Shown here in pieces: positions 43,068 to 52,370 of a DNA stretch of 64,000 bases (positions are counted from its first letter, which is position 1; each line of letters opens with the position of its first letter). The notes under the pieces are model-generated. The model saw nothing but the letters and a program-made list of their open reading frames with translations, had not been told where the DNA came from and did no database searches. Source of the DNA: Methanobacteriota archaeon (GTDB taxonomy: Archaea; Halobacteriota; Bog-38; Methanoflorentales; Methanoflorentaceae); NCBI GenBank assembly GCA_963719035.1, contig CAVRAO010000002.1, positions 426,846 to 490,845 of the forward strand, in the 5' to 3' direction. The translations under genes and the position numbers were made by a program.

Positions 43068-44288
43068 TTAGTTCAAGTTCTTTTCAAGAAAACTGTTAAA
43101 CCGTTCAGAAGCATTATATTGGCTGAATACATATTTCATTCTCTGGGCTGCTTCATAATAGGCTGGTGCGTCAAGTATCATGCTCACAGCCTGCCTAGTT
43201 TTCTGTGAGGTGAGAGCCCCCCCGCGCAGCAATATACCGCAGCCGGCCTTTTCAATAGCGGTCATTGACAGGTACTGGTCGAAATTTGTTGGAATGCCCA
43301 AGACCGGAACACCTTCATTCAGAGCCTGGTATGCTGTGCTTGCGCCACCGCTGCAGATCACCAGCGCCGAACGCTGTGCCACACTATCACCGGGGACAAA
43401 TTCACATTTATAGACATGCTTTTGATGAATTTTTGTGTCCAATCTTCCGGCTGTGGCAGCTATGACGGTTACGGGGAGGTCTCTAAGGCCTTTTAAAATT
43501 GCTGGTAGCAACTTCACATTTCCAGATGAACCCATGTTTACATAAATCAGGGGACGGGATAAATCAATATCATTCCACCATACAGGCGGCTCTATATCTG
43601 GTGACCATAGAATCGGGCCAAGAAATATGTGCGTGTCGGGCTTATTCTTAAGCGGTATAAGCTCGATCGGATCGGGGTAGAGGGTATAATTCCCCCAAGT
43701 AAGCATTTCAAGCAAACTGCCAACCGGCGGCAGCTCAAACTGCTGACGTATCCGGTTGAGCGGTTGTGCAAAACGATCAAATACGGCAGGAAGTGCCTTC
43801 GGGAAATAACGTGTCGCAATTTTTTCACTCAACAGCCGCACTATGGGATGGTCAGGCATAGGAAAGGAATCACGCACTGCAAAGGGGCTCCAATATGCAT
43901 TAATTACGGGAGCATAGGGAACGTTACAGACCGGCGCACTCACTGCAAGGGAGAAACGTGCATCACCGATAATGATCTCGGGCTTAACGGACTGTATTAA
44001 CTGAATCTCTGCATCAACGTACCGCCTAAGCAGCTTTTGGGTATAAAACGACTTGCCATTTTCAGCAGATGATAAGAACGTTTTTTTATCCATCGTGAAA
44101 AGCTGCCAGTGCCGAAAGTCTGTCCGGCTGAAGATCTCAGGGTCAAAGGCTGAAGAGGCAAAATGCACTTCGTACTTCTTTTGATCAAGTGCGCGCGCCA
44201 GCACCAGGAGGCGTACCACCTGTGAGAGGGTGGTGTTCTCTACAACAAACAAAATCCGTTTTAACTGCTTCGCTTGTTCTTCTGTCAT
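43068..44288 (-). CDS. GT1-family UDP-glycosyltransferase (MGT/CrtX-like)
   Basis: 406 aa; C-terminal nucleotide-sugar motif (…HGGAST…/…GVPVLGIPTNFDQ…); adjacent to carotenoid genes. Confidence 0.75.
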   Translation of the reverse strand: MTEEQAKQLKRILFVVENTTLSQVVRLLVLARALDQKKYEVHFASSAFDPEIFSRTDFRHWQLFTMDKKTFLSSAENGKSFYTQKLLRRYVDAEIQLIQSVKPEIIIGDARFSLAVSAPVCNVPYAPVINAYWSPFAVRDSFPMPDHPIVRLLSEKIATRYFPKALPAVFDRFAQPLNRIRQQFELPPVGSLLEMLTWGNYTLYPDPIELIPLKNKPDTHIFLGPILWSPDIEPPVWWNDIDLSRPLIYVNMGSSGNVKLLPAILKGLRDLPVTVIAATAGRLDTKIHQKHVYKCEFVPGDSVAQRSALVICSGGASTAYQALNEGVPVLGIPTNFDQYLSMTAIEKAGCGILLRGGALTSQKTRQAVSMILDAPAYYEAAQRMKYVFSQYNASERFNSFLEKNLN

Positions 44289-44683
44289 ACTATATCAGCT
44301 GATAGCTCATTCCGATGATGTTGTACGTTCAATATGGTGTACCTGTGGAGGCCACGACGCGGGTTCGAATCTCGCCCGCGACCTTTTTTTTCTTTATAGG
44401 CGTCAGCTTCGCTTGCTTTTTGTAAAATAAGTGATTTTAGCTCGGCGATTTGAGATTCTAGCTGATATAAGCGATTTTCTACGTCAGGATTCTGCATAGT
44501 TGTGCAACAGTTGTCTACTACTTTATAAGCTACGACTAAGAAAGCCAACTTTCTGTCAAGAACAGTTTGATAAATTTCCGCTTTAGACCCGATCAGTTCT
44601 TGAAATTCCCGCGGCAATCGAATAATAAGATAAATGTGTGAAGGCTTCGAGCTTTGGACGCTAATTTTGTGCGTGCAGATCAT
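44285..44683 (-). CDS. ORF reading through the tRNA-derived sequence; AbrB/SpoVT-like N-terminus + coiled coil; possible Int(N) remnant of a partitioning (SSV-type) integrase
   Basis: Translation …KKGRGRDSNPRRG… is antisense of the tRNA fragment. Shares segment RLxxLESQIxxLKxLIL with the 49.5 kb locus. Confidence 0.35.
   Translation of the reverse strand: MICTHKISVQSSKPSHIYLIIRLPREFQELIGSKAEIYQTVLDRKLAFLVVAYKVVDNCCTTMQNPDVENRLYQLESQIAELKSLILQKASEADAYKEKKGRGRDSNPRRGLHRYTILNVQHHRNELSADIV
44350..44382 (+). other. orphan tRNA 3' fragment (T-arm + acceptor 3' strand + discriminator), then TTTTTTTT; att-core-like
   Basis: GCGGG-TTCGAAT-CTCGC + CCGCGAC + C; no matching 5' acceptor strand (GTCGCGG) within 100 nt upstream. 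Confidence 0.5.
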
Positions 44684-44815
44684 CTCAGCACCACACTCAG
44701 GGCACGAGACAGCGCACTTTATGTTTTCATTGTGCTCGTCCCTCTGTCATTGTTCCACCTCTTGTTAACTACTAATTAAAGCGTAGCGGAGTATAAAATA
44801 GTGTTTTAAATCCAG

Positions 44816-45301
44816 CTACCGTTGGCGGTAATCAGCAGGCACCCCCCATCTTTCTGTTACATTATACCGAGACACTGTTGACTCGAAGTGAACCCAGATG
44901 GGTGCATTATCTAACTGAGGATGCGCTGCAAAAAAAGAACTATCGCCGTAGCGTAGGGCTTCAAGAACTAAGGGCAATTCATCTTGAAAGATTTCAAATC
45001 GAAATTGAGCAGATCCAAAAACAAACCCGCCACTCACGTGACAATAGACGTGTAACGCCGGCCCTTCATCAGTGTTTTTCCACTCAGCAAGCACTTCATC
45101 TCTCATGAGCCTTGTATACCAACCACATACCTGTGATTCATTACAATCTGGGCCAATTGTCAAAAAGAGCTCGCCTGTGATATCGGAGTGGGTTAGCGTA
45201 TAACGGCGCGGGGAGATCGGATCCGTGGGTCCAATCCCAGCCACGTGTTTGACATGCAACTTTTCCGGTCGCAATCTATTCTCGCGTCTGTGCGTATCCA
45301 T
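44816..45301 (-). CDS. hypothetical protein (161 aa) within carotenoid cluster
   Basis: ORF; no domain recognised. Confidence 0.45.
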   Translation of the reverse strand: MDTHRRENRLRPEKLHVKHVAGIGPTDPISPRRYTLTHSDITGELFLTIGPDCNESQVCGWYTRLMRDEVLAEWKNTDEGPALHVYCHVSGGFVFGSAQFRFEIFQDELPLVLEALRYGDSSFFAAHPQLDNAPIWVHFESTVSRYNVTERWGVPADYRQR

Positions 45302-45934
45302 TGGTTCGCCTGCCCTTCAAATGTCCTTAAATTCCATCTCGTAGATGAATTGGGAGCCTATATCCTTATCAAAAGGGTATTGTCAAATCTTTGACGTCGT
45401 CTGTGTTCATTGATCGTGATTGTGTGCGACACCACGAAAGGTGAGGTAGACTCACTTCTTGATCCTATATTGTTGCCACACGGTCTCTCAACGTAAAGTT
45501 TATCTTTTGTTACCGTTTTTGGAGGAGTGCTTAGCTTTCACTTATAGGAGGGCAAAATGTTAGGCAAACTTCTACTAATTAAGATGCTAACGATAGCAGG
45601 GTTTGTGGTCATGCTGCTGCACGTCTTATTTTTCGTCGCCACCTTAGCGTTGCATGCCCTGTTCTTAGCTCCTCGACTTGGAAAGATAATGAAGCGTAAC
45701 TCGTCGCGGGACGCTTGTTGCTGAGCTAACCGTGCGAGGACCTGCCTCTAGGAAGAAAGAAAACCCCATCGACAGGGATGATGGCGCCTTGAACATAGCT
45801 TGCTAAGTCACTCGAGAGAAAGAGGACGACTTTTGCCGCCTCGTCAGGCGCAGCCCATCGTCCTTTGGCAAGCCGTTGGTGAAAATCATATCCACTGTTG
45901 ACAAGATCAAGCTGTACGTTTAAAATGGCACCCT

Positions 45935-46846
45935 TCACCAGAACGGGGGAAAAACTGCGGGCATCTTCAGAAGGGTAAAGACAGCAAAGGCCAGCCCGCC
46001 AAGTGCTGTGTTGACATACGGGAGATACCAGTAGAGACGGTCGATGGAAACCTCTTCGCGGAAAAGAAGTACTGCTGGAAAAAGCGGATATATGATTACT
46101 AGAAAGCTGAGCGGGTACAAGCCCGCAAGTAGGAGCACCAGCAGAGAAAATAATGTCCAAAAAGCTGTGCATAATAGGAGCGAAGAGCGCCTTCCGAGCC
46201 AGACTGCTGTCGTAGTGATCCCGGCAGCCCGGTCGTACCGGATATCCGGTATTGCGGAAAAAATGTGCATCGCCGATATATGCAAATACCCGGCGATAAC
46301 TAACAAGAGCGGGGGGGTCTGGCCTGCTGCAAGATAATAACCAAAGATTCCCGGCATGATATAGAGCATATTTGAGGAGAAATCAAGAACCGGGTGCTGC
46401 TTGAAACGGAGCGGCGGAGCAGAATAAAAATATGCAAGAAACAGAAATATAAGAAAAATCACCTGCTCGGTACGATCTTGCGTAACGAGGAGCGCCAGGG
46501 AAAAAGCAGCAAAGATAGTGAGCAGGAGCAGCGTTTTCCGGTGTTCGTTTGCTTTTAATTTGTGCTCTTTTCCCACTTTCTTGGGATTCTGCCGGTCGGT
46601 CTCCTCGTCCCAGTAATCATTGACGCCGTAGATAAACAGGTTTGCTGGGAAGAAGAAATAAAAAAGGTAGAGATAGTAGAGCGGAGAAAAAAAAATCTGC
46701 CAGTTTTCCATGCCGAGCGCGACACCCAAAACAAAGGTGCCACCGGTATAAATCCAGAATCTGAAGCGCGATATGGTAAAAGCGAGAGGGAGCAGGGATA
46801 TGGAAAGTATCCGGTTTCCCACGTTAGATTTCATACCGTGGTGCAC
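45935..46846 (-). CDS. UbiA-family prenyltransferase (lycopene-elongase/CrtEb-like by context)
   Basis: 303 aa, multi-TM; NDxxDxxxD motif (NDYWDEETD); overlaps crtB by 23 nt. Confidence 0.7.
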   Translation of the reverse strand: MHHGMKSNVGNRILSISLLPLAFTISRFRFWIYTGGTFVLGVALGMENWQIFFSPLYYLYLFYFFFPANLFIYGVNDYWDEETDRQNPKKVGKEHKLKANEHRKTLLLLTIFAAFSLALLVTQDRTEQVIFLIFLFLAYFYSAPPLRFKQHPVLDFSSNMLYIMPGIFGYYLAAGQTPPLLLVIAGYLHISAMHIFSAIPDIRYDRAAGITTTAVWLGRRSSLLLCTAFWTLFSLLVLLLAGLYPLSFLVIIYPLFPAVLLFREEVSIDRLYWYLPYVNTALGGLAFAVFTLLKMPAVFPPFW

Positions 46847-47693
46847 CCGGGAACTGAATCCTGCATAACGGGATATGCACGCTGTTGTAAAGGATTCTCA
46901 TGATAATTCGCGAGATCGAAGGGCGAACAAAAGTCCTGTAAATGACAAATGGGTCCCTTGCTATCAAAGTAGCGGTCCATTTGTACATTTCTGCAGCAGT
47001 CCTGATGGGTATCAGGTACCGGTATGGTATAAACCGGTAGCCCCGTTCCCCTTCCTCCTGCCAGCGGTAATACTGGGCGATCTGTTCCCTGATAAAGAAC
47101 CGGAACTGTTCGGGTGCGTCCCGGGCGTCTGACTCTTCCAGCCCGGAAAGACCGCACCGTCGAATATATTCTTGCGAGAAATACACCCGGCCTAATTTCA
47201 GATCTTCTGCAATGTCGCGGACGAAATTGATATACTGCATGGACCTGCCCAGCAACCGGGCATAAGGAAAGGACTTCTCGGGTAGATCAAGGATCCGTGC
47301 CATCATAAGACCTATCACCTCTGCAGAACCGTAGAGGTACTGATCGAGTTCCAGCTGCGTCTCGTACCGACTCTTGCTGAGATCAGCACGCATTGAAGAG
47401 AGGAAAGCATCAATCCACTCGCAGTCGAACTGTTTCAAGGCAGCAAGTCCTGCAAACCCGTCAATTACGACATCCCCGGTGATGCGGCCATCCGCTGCAC
47501 ACTTCCATCGATCGCAGAATGCTTTAAATTCCTGCTTCTGCTGAGGGATGCTGTCAACAAAATCGTCTGCCTGGCGGACAAAGGCATAGAGCATAAAAAC
47601 GTCCTTTCTCACTTCGGGCGGGAAAAAAAGGCTGGAATGGAAATATGTTCTACTCCCTTTTCTGAAGATCTGGTAGTGTATGGACTGCCCCAT
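46824..47693 (-). CDS. crtB: phytoene synthase (squalene/phytoene synthase family)
   Basis: 289 aa; …YAFVRQADDFVD… Asp-rich motif 1 and second DxxxD region. Confidence 0.8.
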   Translation of the reverse strand: MGQSIHYQIFRKGSRTYFHSSLFFPPEVRKDVFMLYAFVRQADDFVDSIPQQKQEFKAFCDRWKCAADGRITGDVVIDGFAGLAALKQFDCEWIDAFLSSMRADLSKSRYETQLELDQYLYGSAEVIGLMMARILDLPEKSFPYARLLGRSMQYINFVRDIAEDLKLGRVYFSQEYIRRCGLSGLEESDARDAPEQFRFFIREQIAQYYRWQEEGERGYRFIPYRYLIPIRTAAEMYKWTATLIARDPFVIYRTFVRPSISRIIMRILYNSVHIPLCRIQFPGAPRYEI

Positions 47694-47708
47694 AGTAGGA
47701 TACCTACA

Positions 47709-49202
47709 TTACTTATGGTATTTATCTGTAAGTTCAGCGGCCACTATTGTCGATGATATAATGGTCATGGGTACACCGATACCGGGGTGAGTGTAGTGGC
47801 CGGAGTAAAAGAGATTGTCGACCTTTTTGCTTTGGTGGGCAGGTCGCCATAGGGCAGTCTGGAAGAGTGTATGCGAGAGGCCCAGCGCCGTGCCCTTGTA
47901 CGCGTGATAGCGCTCTTTGAAATCATTGAGGGCAAACGCCTTTTTCACCACCACTGCATCCCGGATCCTGTCACCGGTCGAGGCTTCCAGTTTGTCCATG
48001 ATGAGGGTGTAGAACCGTTCGCGGATTTCTGGTGAATCTTCAAGCCCAGGTGCGAGAGCCACGAGGATAAACAGGGTGTCGCAGCCAGGAGGGGCAGCCG
48101 TCGGATCGGTCATCGAGGGAACATTGACGTAATAGGAGGGATTTTTTGGCCATGCGGCCTTTTTTGGGTCAAATATCTCATCGAAGTTATGCTCCCAGTT
48201 CTTATCCAGAAAGAGCGTATGGTGTGCTAAGCTCTCAAAGCGCCTGTTTACGCCCACATAAAAGACTATGGCTGAAGGGGCCATCACGCGGCGCTCCCAG
48301 TATTTCCTGTCATAGGTCCGGTACTCCGGATTGAGGAGCTCGAGTTCTGCAAACGCATAATCCGCATTCACGAGAACGATATCGGATTCATAGGTTCCTC
48401 CGGAGGTCCGGACTCCCTGTGCTTTGCCGTCTCTGACAATAATTTCCGTCACCGGTTCGTTGAACTTGAATTCTGCGCCATAGTTCTCTGCAAGATCTCT
48501 AATTACCGTTGCCACTTTCCGCATTCCCCCGACCGGATAAAAAACTCCGAGCGTAAGGTCGATGTGTGACATTATGTGGTAAAACGAAGGGGTGTTCTTA
48601 GGTGAGCCGCCTAAAAATCCGATTGAATACTCGACGATCTTTTTTGCCTCGTCACTCGTAAAGTGCTTCGAAACAAATGTGTCAAGATTCTCAAGGATGT
48701 GCATTTTCCTGCCTTCGATCAGCATGCGGCCGGAGAAGAAATCAAAAATGGATTTATAATCCCTGTAGAGCATCTCGTTGATCGAGAGGTCGTATTTTTC
48801 TTTGGCAGATGCAAGGTATTTCTTTAGTTTTTGGCCGCCACCTTGCTCAAGAGAATCAAAAAGTGCAATATTTTTATCAAGGTCAGCGGCAATGTCCAGC
48901 ACCTTGCCGTTGCCAAAATAGATTCGGTAGGAGGGGTCAAGTCGCGGTAATTCCATCAGATCGTTAGCTTTCTTTCCGAACTCCATGAAAAATTTTTCAT
49001 AAACATCCGGCATCAGGTACCAGGAAGGCCCCATATCAAATATGTACCCTTTTTCAGAATAGACACTGGCCCGTCCGCCGGGTCCTTCATTTTTCTCCAG
49101 TACAAGAACGTCGAACCCATTTTTTGCGAGCAGCGCAGCAGCTGATAGTCCCCCAAATCCTGCCCCGATAGTAATTACCTTTTTGCCGTTTTTTTCCGCC
49201 AT
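47709..49202 (-). CDS. crtI: phytoene desaturase (CrtI family)
   Basis: 497 aa; N-terminal FAD fold (…ITIGAGFGGLSAAALLAKNGFDV…), CrtI-family C-terminal signature. Confidence 0.85.
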   Translation of the reverse strand: MAEKNGKKVITIGAGFGGLSAAALLAKNGFDVLVLEKNEGPGGRASVYSEKGYIFDMGPSWYLMPDVYEKFFMEFGKKANDLMELPRLDPSYRIYFGNGKVLDIAADLDKNIALFDSLEQGGGQKLKKYLASAKEKYDLSINEMLYRDYKSIFDFFSGRMLIEGRKMHILENLDTFVSKHFTSDEAKKIVEYSIGFLGGSPKNTPSFYHIMSHIDLTLGVFYPVGGMRKVATVIRDLAENYGAEFKFNEPVTEIIVRDGKAQGVRTSGGTYESDIVLVNADYAFAELELLNPEYRTYDRKYWERRVMAPSAIVFYVGVNRRFESLAHHTLFLDKNWEHNFDEIFDPKKAAWPKNPSYYVNVPSMTDPTAAPPGCDTLFILVALAPGLEDSPEIRERFYTLIMDKLEASTGDRIRDAVVVKKAFALNDFKERYHAYKGTALGLSHTLFQTALWRPAHQSKKVDNLFYSGHYTHPGIGVPMTIISSTIVAAELTDKYHK

Positions 49203-49394
49203 GCCAAGACACCGAATCCATATCGGGGCATCCTTTTAATATAGATTTGGCAGAGAACATTTGTAATCCAGGAATAATCAGCTATCCGCAGGCAACGCAT
49301 TTTGGCGCCATTACTCGGCAAATTTGCTTAGTGGATTTGTAGACGGATAGTAAATCCTAGAAGTAGTAAAAACGTCTAAATAAGCCCTTTCGAG

Positions 49395-49532
49395 GCTCTG
49401 AATCGGGTTAAAATCCCGAACCGGGCGTTCTTTTTCAATATAAGGGTAAAAATTAATCTCTTTTTCTAAAATAAGCTTTTTTAGATCAACGATTTGAGAT
49501 TCGAGAGCGGAAAGGCGATGGTCGTAGCCTGG
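49395..49532. repeat. degenerate att-like repeat (T-arm-like + T-rich + coiled-coil-coding segment), partner of 44350..44480
   Basis: Shared anchors: taaaataag, gatttgagattc, CGGGTT-AAATC-CCG. ~70% identity by eye. Confidence 0.4.
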
Positions 49533-49535
49533 TCA

Positions 49536-49655
49536 AAACTGCACGTTAGCATACACTTCCTGTACGTCCTTATCAATAAACTGCATGTAGATTGCTGTTA
49601 TCTTTATACTAGAGTGACCCAGCACCTGCTGCACTGCCGAACGAATGACCCACAA
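49536..49655 (-). pseudogene. tyrosine-recombinase (integrase) C-terminal remnant (~40 aa)
   Basis: Translation …IRSAVQQVLGHSSIKITAIYMQF… matches the LLGHSSIxTTxIY catalytic-Tyr box; flanked by stops. Confidence 0.55.
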
Positions 49656-50129
49656 CTATAGTTCTTGCAACCCCTCAACAAACTGGCGTAGCTTGTCTTG
49701 ATAAACGCCTTTCTTGACCTCTTTTTCCTGGAGAGCAAGGATGCTTACCGGGCGTCTTTCACAGAGTGCTTCCATCTCAGCAAATAACTGCTGACTCTCA
49801 CCACCGCCATTTGTGCAAAAAAATGCTACCCGTGTGAACTTCGACTTATTGTTGGTGATGTAGGTCCGCGGAGCACTCGACAACGTGCCTGCCCAAATGG
49901 GCGTGCCGAGTATTACTAAATCGTATGACGCGGGATCACGTTTGATGTCTGTGAGCTTGGTGAGCTTCTTTGCCTTTGCGTCCCTTCCAGCCGACACAAA
50001 GCCCAGAGGCCCGCTGCGTTTTTTTGTATCAATAAGTTCTTCACTGTCGCAGTTGAGCGACTCAGCAAGCGCTTCCGCTACCTGTTTGGTCGCACCTGTT
50101 CGCGAATAAAATACCACTAAAGCCTTCAT
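49656..50129 (-). CDS. flavodoxin-like protein
   Basis: 157 aa; …VVFYSRTGATK… FMN-binding loop. Confidence 0.65.
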   Translation of the reverse strand: MKALVVFYSRTGATKQVAEALAESLNCDSEELIDTKKRSGPLGFVSAGRDAKAKKLTKLTDIKRDPASYDLVILGTPIWAGTLSSAPRTYITNNKSKFTRVAFFCTNGGGESQQLFAEMEALCERRPVSILALQEKEVKKGVYQDKLRQFVEGLQEL

Positions 50130-50220
50130 TATAAGTTCCTTCCGTAAGTTAATTCGGTTTACCGGCTTAAGGCTTTTTGCGGCAGTTCATCATTTTAATC
50201 TAGTGGATTGAAATACCCTT

Positions 50221-52095
50221 TTAACTATTTATTAAGTGCATCACTATTTTTTCAACTTCGACTGCCTTGCCATTCTTAAGATTTTTGATGCAACTATGCT
50301 GCGCTTCACGAATTTCAGCAGTAGGCTCATTAGCAATAGCCGTGAACTGAGAAACCAGCCGCTTAGCCCCGACAAAATTCCCGACACTTACCCGCCGATT
50401 AACTCCGCGGACATCTAAAACCGTCCCGTCCATACAAGGCGGGTGCTCACAATACAGACATTCAGAAGCAAATCGCATCACCTCGCGAATAGCCTCAGGC
50501 TCATCAGTAAATAGCTCAGACCTCTTAAACGGATGCGGTACAATCTCAACATAGTTGGGCATATCCTTCTTATAGGTGAATGGCTCCAAGCCGCGTTTCT
50601 TCAAAATGGCGTTGGCGGCGGTGAGGCCTGAGACGGTGACAGCGGGGGTTCCGGTGCCCATGCAGGTAGATTCGCCGCAATAGAACAAAGTGTCCCAAGG
50701 GCTTCTGATGTGCAGTCTTTTGAACATGTGTTGCCCGAGCATTTGTTTGGGGCCGGCGACGGCGCCATCATTCTTATTCGTGTAGCGCTCGATGGTGAGG
50801 GGGGAGGCTAGTTCGGCGTAGCGGACGGCTTGGCGGAAGCCGGAAAAGCGTTTTTCAATGACGTCCAGGATGCGTTGGACTTCGAGGTCTTTGCGTTGGC
50901 TGTAGGCTTCGGGGGAGAGGGATTCCCAGTTTTCGAAGGAGGGACCTATGGCGATGACGGTGTGGACGTCATCATCGCAAAGGGTTTGGTCGTCGATGCT
51001 CATGATATAAAGGGTGACTTCGCTTTCGTCGATTTGGTCGGGATTGCCGATGAGCATTTCGATAGGCAGGGTATCAGAAGGAATCACGCTTTTATCGACC
51101 GTAGTATAAAGAACGACGCTCGGGTACGTTGGAACAAGGTTCCGCGCCCATTCATTCAACGAGGGGGGGAGGTAAGAGGTGTCGATGAGTTTTCCATAGA
51201 GGTTCCAAACAGTGCCAGAGTAAATGATATCATCGCCGTAGAAGCGTTTGCCGGTCGTGATTTCGACGCCGCAGGGTTTTTCGCCGTCAAACAATATTTG
51301 GCAGACTTCGCTTTCGTAGTGAATTTCACCACCGTTTTCTTCGATACTTTTTTCGAGTTTGCCGGGCAGGAAGAGGGTGGAGCCGGCCGGGTAGTAGCTG
51401 CCGCCGAAGTGGTTGTCCACGAACATGACGGCTGCAAGAATGGCTGGGGCTTCTTCGACCGTGGCGTAGCAGTAGGTGGAGGTGAGTTTGTCGAAGAACT
51501 TGAAAATTTCAGGGTCTTTGAAATACTGCCTCAGGAGGCTTCTGGCTGATTTGTTCATATAACTCAGGAAACGTGCGTAGGAAACCGGATGGCGTAACAG
51601 GCTTTTCAGAGACTCGACTTTGTCGGTTTCGTCGGGGGAGGAGAAAACCGGATTTTCGACCATGACGTGGTGGTAAATTTCGTTGAGGTCGTAGTAGAAG
51701 CGTTTGATGTTGGCTTTTTCAGAGGGAAAAACTATGCTGAGTTCTTCAGCAAAGAGGTCAAGGTCTTCGTGAAATATGATGCGGTGGCCCTTATAGACAA
51801 CGGCGTAAAGCTGGTCGTGCTTGATGATGCGGATGGGTTCCTCCAGGCAGTTAAAAACTAAGCGGTGGGGGCTGAAGCCTTTCTCGCCGAAGCCGTAGAG
51901 CATGGCGGCGCCTTGGTCGAAAGTGGTTATGGCAGCTTGGTCAGAGGTAGCGGTGTCACGTTTGAAAACCCCGCAAGACCCGCCCGGGGTGAAAGTCTTT
52001 TCGAAGAGAAGCACTTTTTCGCCGCGTTTGGCCAGAAGGGCGGCAGCGGTTAAACCGGAGAGGCCGGAGCCGATGATGAGGGTGGTTTTGGACAC
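50221..52095 (-). CDS. CrtD/CrtI-family carotenoid desaturase-like FAD oxidoreductase with ~120-aa Cys-containing C-terminal extension
   Basis: 624 aa; N-terminal …IIGSGLSGLTAAALLAKRGEKV…; C-terminal …CLYCEHPPC…. Confidence 0.6.
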   Translation of the reverse strand: MSKTTLIIGSGLSGLTAAALLAKRGEKVLLFEKTFTPGGSCGVFKRDTATSDQAAITTFDQGAAMLYGFGEKGFSPHRLVFNCLEEPIRIIKHDQLYAVVYKGHRIIFHEDLDLFAEELSIVFPSEKANIKRFYYDLNEIYHHVMVENPVFSSPDETDKVESLKSLLRHPVSYARFLSYMNKSARSLLRQYFKDPEIFKFFDKLTSTYCYATVEEAPAILAAVMFVDNHFGGSYYPAGSTLFLPGKLEKSIEENGGEIHYESEVCQILFDGEKPCGVEITTGKRFYGDDIIYSGTVWNLYGKLIDTSYLPPSLNEWARNLVPTYPSVVLYTTVDKSVIPSDTLPIEMLIGNPDQIDESEVTLYIMSIDDQTLCDDDVHTVIAIGPSFENWESLSPEAYSQRKDLEVQRILDVIEKRFSGFRQAVRYAELASPLTIERYTNKNDGAVAGPKQMLGQHMFKRLHIRSPWDTLFYCGESTCMGTGTPAVTVSGLTAANAILKKRGLEPFTYKKDMPNYVEIVPHPFKRSELFTDEPEAIREVMRFASECLYCEHPPCMDGTVLDVRGVNRRVSVGNFVGAKRLVSQFTAIANEPTAEIREAQHSCIKNLKNGKAVEVEKIVMHLINS

Positions 52096-52370
52096 GACAT
52101 CAAATGTTCGTTTCTTATTTAGGTATTTTTTCGAAAATCCTTATCCGCCATTTTCACTTGGGAAATAGGTACTCACTGCCAATCCCACGTTGCGAATTTC
52201 AAAAGCATTCATCTCTCCAATACTTCATATATTTATCATACGCGCCGTAAGGCAAAGAGTGCTGACAACTACTCTACTCGATTCCACGAACCCCATGGTG
52301 AGGATGTACGCGCGATTGGATTTATTCCACCCCACTACATCGCCATGCTGCTCGGCACACTTCCACAGCT

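Noticed and set aside
44300-44382. Attempt to fold a complete tRNA ending at 44382
   Set aside because: No 5' acceptor strand complementary to CCGCGAC, and no D-arm or anticodon arm upstream. Only the 3' T-arm/acceptor half is present, so it is called a fragment.
45726-46172. 148-aa minus-strand ORF overlapping the 3' part of the UbiA prenyltransferase gene
   Set aside because: Alternative-frame ORF inside a real gene; Ser/Leu/Pro-rich with no domain signature.
50830-51549. 239-aa + strand ORF with GGEGF-like low-complexity translation (and neighbours 51667..51861, 51865..52168)
   Set aside because: Antisense shadow ORFs within the well-supported 624-aa desaturase gene on the minus strand.
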